Below are positions 58,482-64,000 of a stretch of 64,000 nucleotides of DNA, one piece after another. The stretch is from Oopsacas minuta. Taxonomy: Eukaryota; Animalia; Porifera. Location of the stretch: the NCBI GenBank assembly GCA_024704765.1, contig JAKMXF010000347.1:124001-188000 (forward strand), written 5' to 3'. The notes beneath the pieces were generated by a model, which was not told the DNA's origin, did no database searches, and saw only the letters and a list, made by a program, of their open reading frames with translations. A program made the translations under genes and the position numbers. Within the stretch, counting starts at the first letter, position 1, and the number at the start of each line of letters is the position of its first letter.

Positions 58482-59312
58482 TGGTCTGGTTGAAACCGGA
58501 CCAAACGGGCTGATTACTACGGCTATGGTACATAGTGAATGGTTTCTAAATCTCAATAGCCTTGCATTTTGCCGAAGTGAATTATTACAGAAATATAAAA
58601 TTTCATGTCTTCAATCCATAAAAGCAAAAGAAAATCTCAAATGTTCCAATTTGTTTTGCCTAGTAAGTAATAATTATTTGGCCAAAATTACTCAATCATT
58701 AATGACATCCATGTAGAACGTTTAATACTCATATTTGATAACCATCTGGAGAAATCAAAATCTGTTCGAGTTAATGGATGCGATAAGTATAAAAGTACAA
58801 CGGAGAGAAGTGATTATTCGTACGAGATAATGAATGTTTAAGTTACATGATGTTGACTATCATACGCAATCATCTAATGAAGTAATAAATTTGGCACGTT
58901 TTGAGTTAGAGTAGCGACCATAGATAGGAAATGGCAGTTCTTTGTCATTATCCACCACCTATCAGTCGAAAACCATCAATGATATTACAAAAATCATTAT
59001 TACCAATCATTTGCATACACCAGACGTATACACCCGACATATGTTATACATTTCAAATCATAGTTTTCTAAATATAGAAATATTCAAATATTTATTTCCT
59101 CTGAAATTTACTATTATGCAGACATTTAATAATTACTAAGATAATAGAATATCCATTTTGGAAAATATAATATAGAGAATGTGACCTAACTTGATAACAA
59201 TCTATTCTCCTCAGCCCTTATCCTCACCTGAATTGAAGATTAACACTATTGACTTAGTTAGATCTGAAACCTACTGTTCCAACCTCACAATATTTTTATA
59301 GTATACACTTTA

Positions 59313-59510
59313 GATAATTATGTCATCTCTTATTATTAATAATTTCAGTTATCCTATATGATTATATGTCATCTCTTATTTCTTTTAACGTTATTAAATG
59401 ATTATATGTCATCTCTTATTTCTCTTAACGGTATTATATGATTATATGTCATCTCTTATTTCTTTTAATATTATTAAAAGATTATTTGTCATCTCCTATT
59501 TCTTGTTAAA
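59313..59510. repeat. 40-bp minisatellite (~4 units plus a partial unit)
   Basis: Unit atgattatatgtcatctcttatttcttttaacgttattaa at 59358, 59398, 59438 and 59478; partial unit at 59313. Confidence 0.9.
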
Positions 59511-60155
59511 TTTCTAACCATTATCATCAAAAAGTAGATTGTTTTTGTATATAAAGTAACTTTGGTGTAATATGCTTGTTAGAATATTTTGGTATATTAT
59601 TCACATAGGGATGTCTCAATACAGCATGTTATACACTATATGAATTAATGGCTTGACGTTACTTGCAGACGAATGGTTGTAGAGATAAGTATTTTATGTA
59701 TAATAGATTAATAGCTTACAATTAACTGTGTAAATAAAATCACAGAGCGAGGAGGCAAGTATGAGCATTAGCCTCAGTAAAAGTATCAGTGATATGCAAT
59801 ATTAGCTGTAAGGATATGCATATATGATTTCCTTATTTCAGAAATAGTGCATTTTACCTGAAAATCTGTATTACATATTTGGAAAGCATCAATTTTTATA
59901 CCAAAATATGGTCTAGTAGGCACTTATTTAGTAAAATATGTCATCATTGATGCCTTGTAGAGCGTAAATAGTTTTCACCTCAAAGTGAATAAGTGAACTG
60001 AACTATATTACTATATTATAAATGCTTTTATACAAAATGTAAAATTTGTAATACAAAAGTTGTCCTTGAGGTGGATGACAACTTTCTGAATATTCAATTA
60101 TAACTCGAGAATCTTTAGAGATTCACGAGGCGAAATCAGAATAGCCAATTCATAC

Positions 60156-60190
60156 TATATACCCGACTTCCCATACCCCTTGTAATATCT
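60156..60190 (+). mobile_element. Left-end fragment of the 35302-family MITE
   Basis: tatatacccgacttcccataccccttgtaata matches the TIR at 35305. Confidence 0.6.
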
Positions 60191-60937
60191 TTTGTCTGAA
60201 TATCTCGTTCCAATATAACGACGCCCATATAGGGTAGTTTTCAAGATTACAAATATTCTATGTCAAAATGTATTACAAAGGTCAGACCTGTGAGAGGGGG
60301 CTACTTGGGTTAGAACCAGGGGCTCGGAGGCAGTGGGAGCGCGAAGCAGAGGGCCAGTAATAGCAAAGATAAAGAAATTTATTCGTACTGCACAATAGCA
60401 AATTATGCATATAAAAGACATCTTTGTTGGTGAACACATTATATCAATATATATTGCTACGATATTGTGATTATATTACCAATTCCTCAGTTCCCCTGAT
60501 TACGTCACTAAAAGTCTCGGGCTCTTTTTGTAAACTCGGGATCCAGGGATTTGCAAAAAATTATTGTAATTATAAAATGAATGTTATTTGATTGATTAAC
60601 CTTCTTGCAATTACGACAAGATGTAGAATGTTTTGTAATACATTAAACATTGGTTTTAACTACTATTTGCTTATATTGACCTATTTTTCTTGCTCAAAAT
60701 CCATCAGCTATCAACTACGTAGGATTAAGCCACATATCATATATATCAACATTTTAGCTTGTTCAAATGAGTCTAATGTTTACTGTAATGAACTTGCTCA
60801 GAAAGTGAAGATTTTGTTTGTTCCGACCGATTTCGTTGGTATTGTAAGCAACGTGATGTGAACTTTCTCTAAATAGTTGAAGTAATTACATTTACAGGGT
60901 GCAGAGTAAAGCATTTGCGGTATATGTAGGTCAAGGC

Positions 60938-61228
60938 CATAGGCGTAGCCAGGGTTTTGGATTGAGGGGGTCCTGAGCGAGCGAACCGAGTCAATAAAGG
61001 GGTCTGGGGGCATTACCACAGCGATTTTTAAAAAATTACTTCAACAAAAGACCGATTTGCGGTATGGGAAACTCTATTGCCGTAATCTCTACCCATTAAC
61101 AAACAAAACCTATGTATGTTTTGAGGTACTTTTGAAACAAGAGTAGTCCTCTGTTTTTTATTGCTAATGAAAAAATAATCAGTCTGACAGATTGGGGGGT
61201 CCTAGGACCGCCTCTCCCTACGTCACTG
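60938..61228. mobile_element. 291-bp hAT MITE with imperfect TIRs
   Basis: cataggcgtag / ctacgtcactg (8/11 match); 8-bp TSD gtcaaggc / gtcaagac. Confidence 0.75.
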
Positions 61229-62463
61229 GTCAAGACTCTCACAAGACATGTTAATTTTAGGTTGAACTTTGTGCAGTTCACTTTTGCGAAATGTATCATA
61301 ACGCTGTAATGACTGTTATCGATGGTTCTAACTTATCAAGATTCTTGCTATAGGGGATATCTCAATATGAGATAATTTGGGAGATTCCCATCACTTTCCT
61401 CAGAGTTATATATAATGACGTCACATTGCCCCTCCATATTTGGTGACGTAATCTTAATTTTTTTATTCCTCAGATTATATTCTAACTAGCCTACTTATGA
61501 TTTGCAAACAAATGGCAATGCTGCCAAAATTTTCTGAGTTTCGTTTACATAAATTTACATTATTCTATAATTTCTATTACTTATTACCTCTGACGAATTG
61601 TTTGAGATTTTCCAATATTAGACCCCTAACTTTTAGGCTTGGACTCATACAGTTGACGAATATGGTAATACTGGAGCTCTTACGTGGCTTTTGGTTTGTA
61701 ATCTGGGCCCTTTATGCCTCAGGTATTTAGAAATTCTAGAATTTGAAATTTTGTAAAGCCATGATGACGTAATAATTCCATGATGAGTTAGTATTTGGTC
61801 AAAATCATGTCAAAACATGTGGCATATTGAGTGGTGCTGTGATTCCAATTTAAAACTTCTATCATGTATATTGGCTGAGCAGTGGTTAATATTGTGATTT
61901 TGGAATTCAAAAAGGTGACAATGACGTCATAATTTCGTATTAAGTGGGAGTTTTCGGTCAAGACTTTAATTGTGTTTTAAAGTATGGATAGTATCTAAAG
62001 ATTCCCAGTTCCAGATCTCGTAAACCAGGGAGGGTACTTTTGGCAATCCTCAAATGTGCCCGTTTGGGTGTATGATATATTATTAAGTGTCCCTATTATT
62101 GAATCATTGCTTAGCACGTACATTATTTTGCATTGGGAATATTTAATTACTATTAAAGATATTTTGATATCCGCATTTATTATCAGGATATCGAATAATT
62201 GTGATACGTGTACTAATATCCGAATTCTATGGAATAGCAGCTTGCGCTTAAATAATAAATTTACCTCAGGTTACGAATCCTAAAGTTTTACTGTAGTATA
62301 CTCCAAGCGATTCTCTGACCTATTTCATACTGTTTTAAGCATATTTACACCTTACTGTCAACTGTCTAACTTTCTGACATTACCTGAGTACCCTATTTGA
62401 AAACCTATTCTATCAAATTAGCTTGTCATCTGTATAGTCAGATTTGGGAGGTTTTGTTACCAC

Positions 62464-64000
62464 ATGTCTAATATGTCTAATTATTGTCCTGATAAAGGGT
62501 GTTCGTTCAAGACTGCCATACCAGCTGGCCTGCCAGTAAATGCCACCATATGTCCATTTTGCCAAAAAAGTTTGGAACTAGCACCAATTTCACCTGTACA
62601 AGAAGATAATCTGGTAATTGACCCTCAACAAGGAGTAGAAATATTTGAAGGTGCAAAAAGTGAGGACATTTCTAAATCTATCTCTGAAAGTGAGGAAAGT
62701 TTTGTAATTAATGAGCAACCACATTTACATGTACCTACTTCTACAACGCCGTCTGAAACACAATTGCTAAAAGATAACCTCTTACAGAATGATAACTCAT
62801 CTCTCATATCAAAACCCGCATTAAGCGGTGAAGGCAGCCTTCCTGAAAAGTATAGTGAAAACAATTCTCCAATTCCTTCATCCGGTAATCAAGGAAAGCC
62901 TTCAGACATAGAAAATACATTTATTATTGAGTCACAAAGAGATAACAAGGCACAAGAGCGTAACCTGGCCCTAGAAGAGAACAAAGCTACTCCTGCTAAA
63001 AATGATTCTAGGGGTTCTGAATCTTCAGATGAAAATCCAATACCGCTATCATCGGATCAACAAAAGAATCTGGTACTGGAATATAGAAATACACAAGAGA
63101 ATCACCTGGCCCTTGATTCTGATGACGAGAATCAGATAGATCAACTTGCTAAACAGGCCAAAGGAGAATCTGTTAAAAGCAAGTTCAAAAATTTTATTCT
63201 AAGAAAACCTGTGCCCTTATTTACCAACCGCAAAAAAAAGAAGGGACGAAGCAGACAGAAGAGGCATCCGGTAAATCAGATTCATTTTGGATTACGAAGT
63301 TTAATGGAGGGAAAAACGGATATACGTATTCAATTCAATACACTAATTCTTAGGGAATACTATGAGCAGATAGGTGAAATCAGTCTTGAGATTATCGATA
63401 AGAACTTTGTCAATTTTCCATCTTATTTTAACAGCTATGACCAACCAAAAGAAGTGGAAATAAATGGTTATGAGTTCAATATTTTTCACGGTGTCCTGAT
63501 GTTTCCTACCAAATGTATATCCGATTTTCCATACAAATATTGCTTACATTTTAAATCAGGTCATGAGATCTATGAACACTTACACCATGATTCAGACATC
63601 AACTTCAACCGGTATTTTAAATGGGATGATGATGCTGTAAACCAAATTTGTGATAATAAATATCAAAAATTTGATATGATGATACTCCCGGAAATTAGGA
63701 AACAGGGAAACTCGATACTTTTTGGGCCTGATAATATAGTAGCTAGTAGTGATAGAGAGATTCAATTTTCCAATATCGATGATAGACTATTATCATCATT
63801 TCAAGCATTGCTACAATCCTATTTTCTCTCCGACTACTTTAAACATCGCACCAACTTAGAAAATCTTTTAGAACAATTTATATATTGTGTGAAATCACTC
63901 TCGAATTTCTATCTACATGATCCAGATGTTAATGATTTGCAACGATGGGATGAGTCAAATCTAACAACTAAACTAGTTAAAGCTTGGATAATGGAATATT
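62464..64000 (+). CDS. RNF213: RNF213-like paralog (copy b), 5' end, open to the window edge
   Basis: 512 codons without a stop from the ATG at 62464. Aligns with copy a: NYCPDKGCSFKTAIPAGLPVNATICPFCQKSLEL, DIRIQFNTLILREY, SDFPYKYCL, NKYQKFDMMILP. Missing from the ORF track because it has no stop in the window. Confidence 0.9.
   Translation, partial: MSNMSNYCPDKGCSFKTAIPAGLPVNATICPFCQKSLELAPISPVQEDNLVIDPQQGVEIFEGAKSEDISKSISESEESFVINEQPHLHVPTSTTPSETQLLKDNLLQNDNSSLISKPALSGEGSLPEKYSENNSPIPSSGNQGKPSDIENTFIIESQRDNKAQERNLALEENKATPAKNDSRGSESSDENPIPLSSDQQKNLVLEYRNTQENHLALDSDDENQIDQLAKQAKGESVKSKFKNFILRKPVPLFTNRKKKKGRSRQKRHPVNQIHFGLRSLMEGKTDIRIQFNTLILREYYEQIGEISLEIIDKNFVNFPSYFNSYDQPKEVEINGYEFNIFHGVLMFPTKCISDFPYKYCLHFKSGHEIYEHLHHDSDINFNRYFKWDDDAVNQICDNKYQKFDMMILPEIRKQGNSILFGPDNIVASSDREIQFSNIDDRLLSSFQALLQSYFLSDYFKHRTNLENLLEQFIYCVKSLSNFYLHDPDVNDLQRWDESNLTTKLVKAWIMEY

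Noticed and set aside
59358-59510. Possible CRISPR array
   Set aside because: Units are contiguous with no unique spacers, there are no cas genes, and the context is eukaryotic. It is a minisatellite.
1-64000. tRNA, rRNA, snRNA or SL RNA genes; U12-type introns
   Set aside because: No recognisable cloverleaf, rRNA or Sm-site context by eye, and all inferred introns are GT-AG. A covariance-model search would be needed to exclude ncRNAs.

Overview
AT-rich, intron-poor animal genomic DNA. A glass sponge (Oopsacas-like hexactinellid) is my inference from gene content and structure, not something the sequence proves. The left half has six co-oriented, intronless minus-strand genes: an uncharacterised Pro/His-tailed protein, DNAJA1-type Hsp40 with heat-shock elements, glycogen debranching enzyme AGL, a coiled-coil+NHL protein, O-GlcNAcase, and a VPS10-PKD-FN3 sorting receptor. 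The right half is a plus-strand innate-immunity-like cluster. It holds a 3-exon ANK-LRR-ROC-COR-kinase-WD40 (LRRK/ROCO) gene with a degenerate GTPase and a ~5,000-codon, 23-exon RNF213/mysterin gene. It also holds an inverted pseudo-copy of the ROCO last exon and the open 5' end of a second RNF213 paralog. The first RNF213 has five frameshifts in its 5' 4 kb and an intact RZ finger, and its RING finger survives only as a stop-riddled relic inside an intron. Intergenic DNA and introns carry many hAT, Tc1/pogo-like and Helitron-like non-autonomous elements and a 140-bp-arm foldback. Most notable: (i) all nine gene starts have a T-rich..TAG acceptor-like site 1-47 nt before the ATG, suggesting SL trans-splicing or uniform 5'-UTR introns; (ii) the RING-lost, RZ-retained RNF213; (iii) a pseudo-GTPase, non-RD ROCO kinase. 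No tRNA, rRNA or CRISPR features were recognised.
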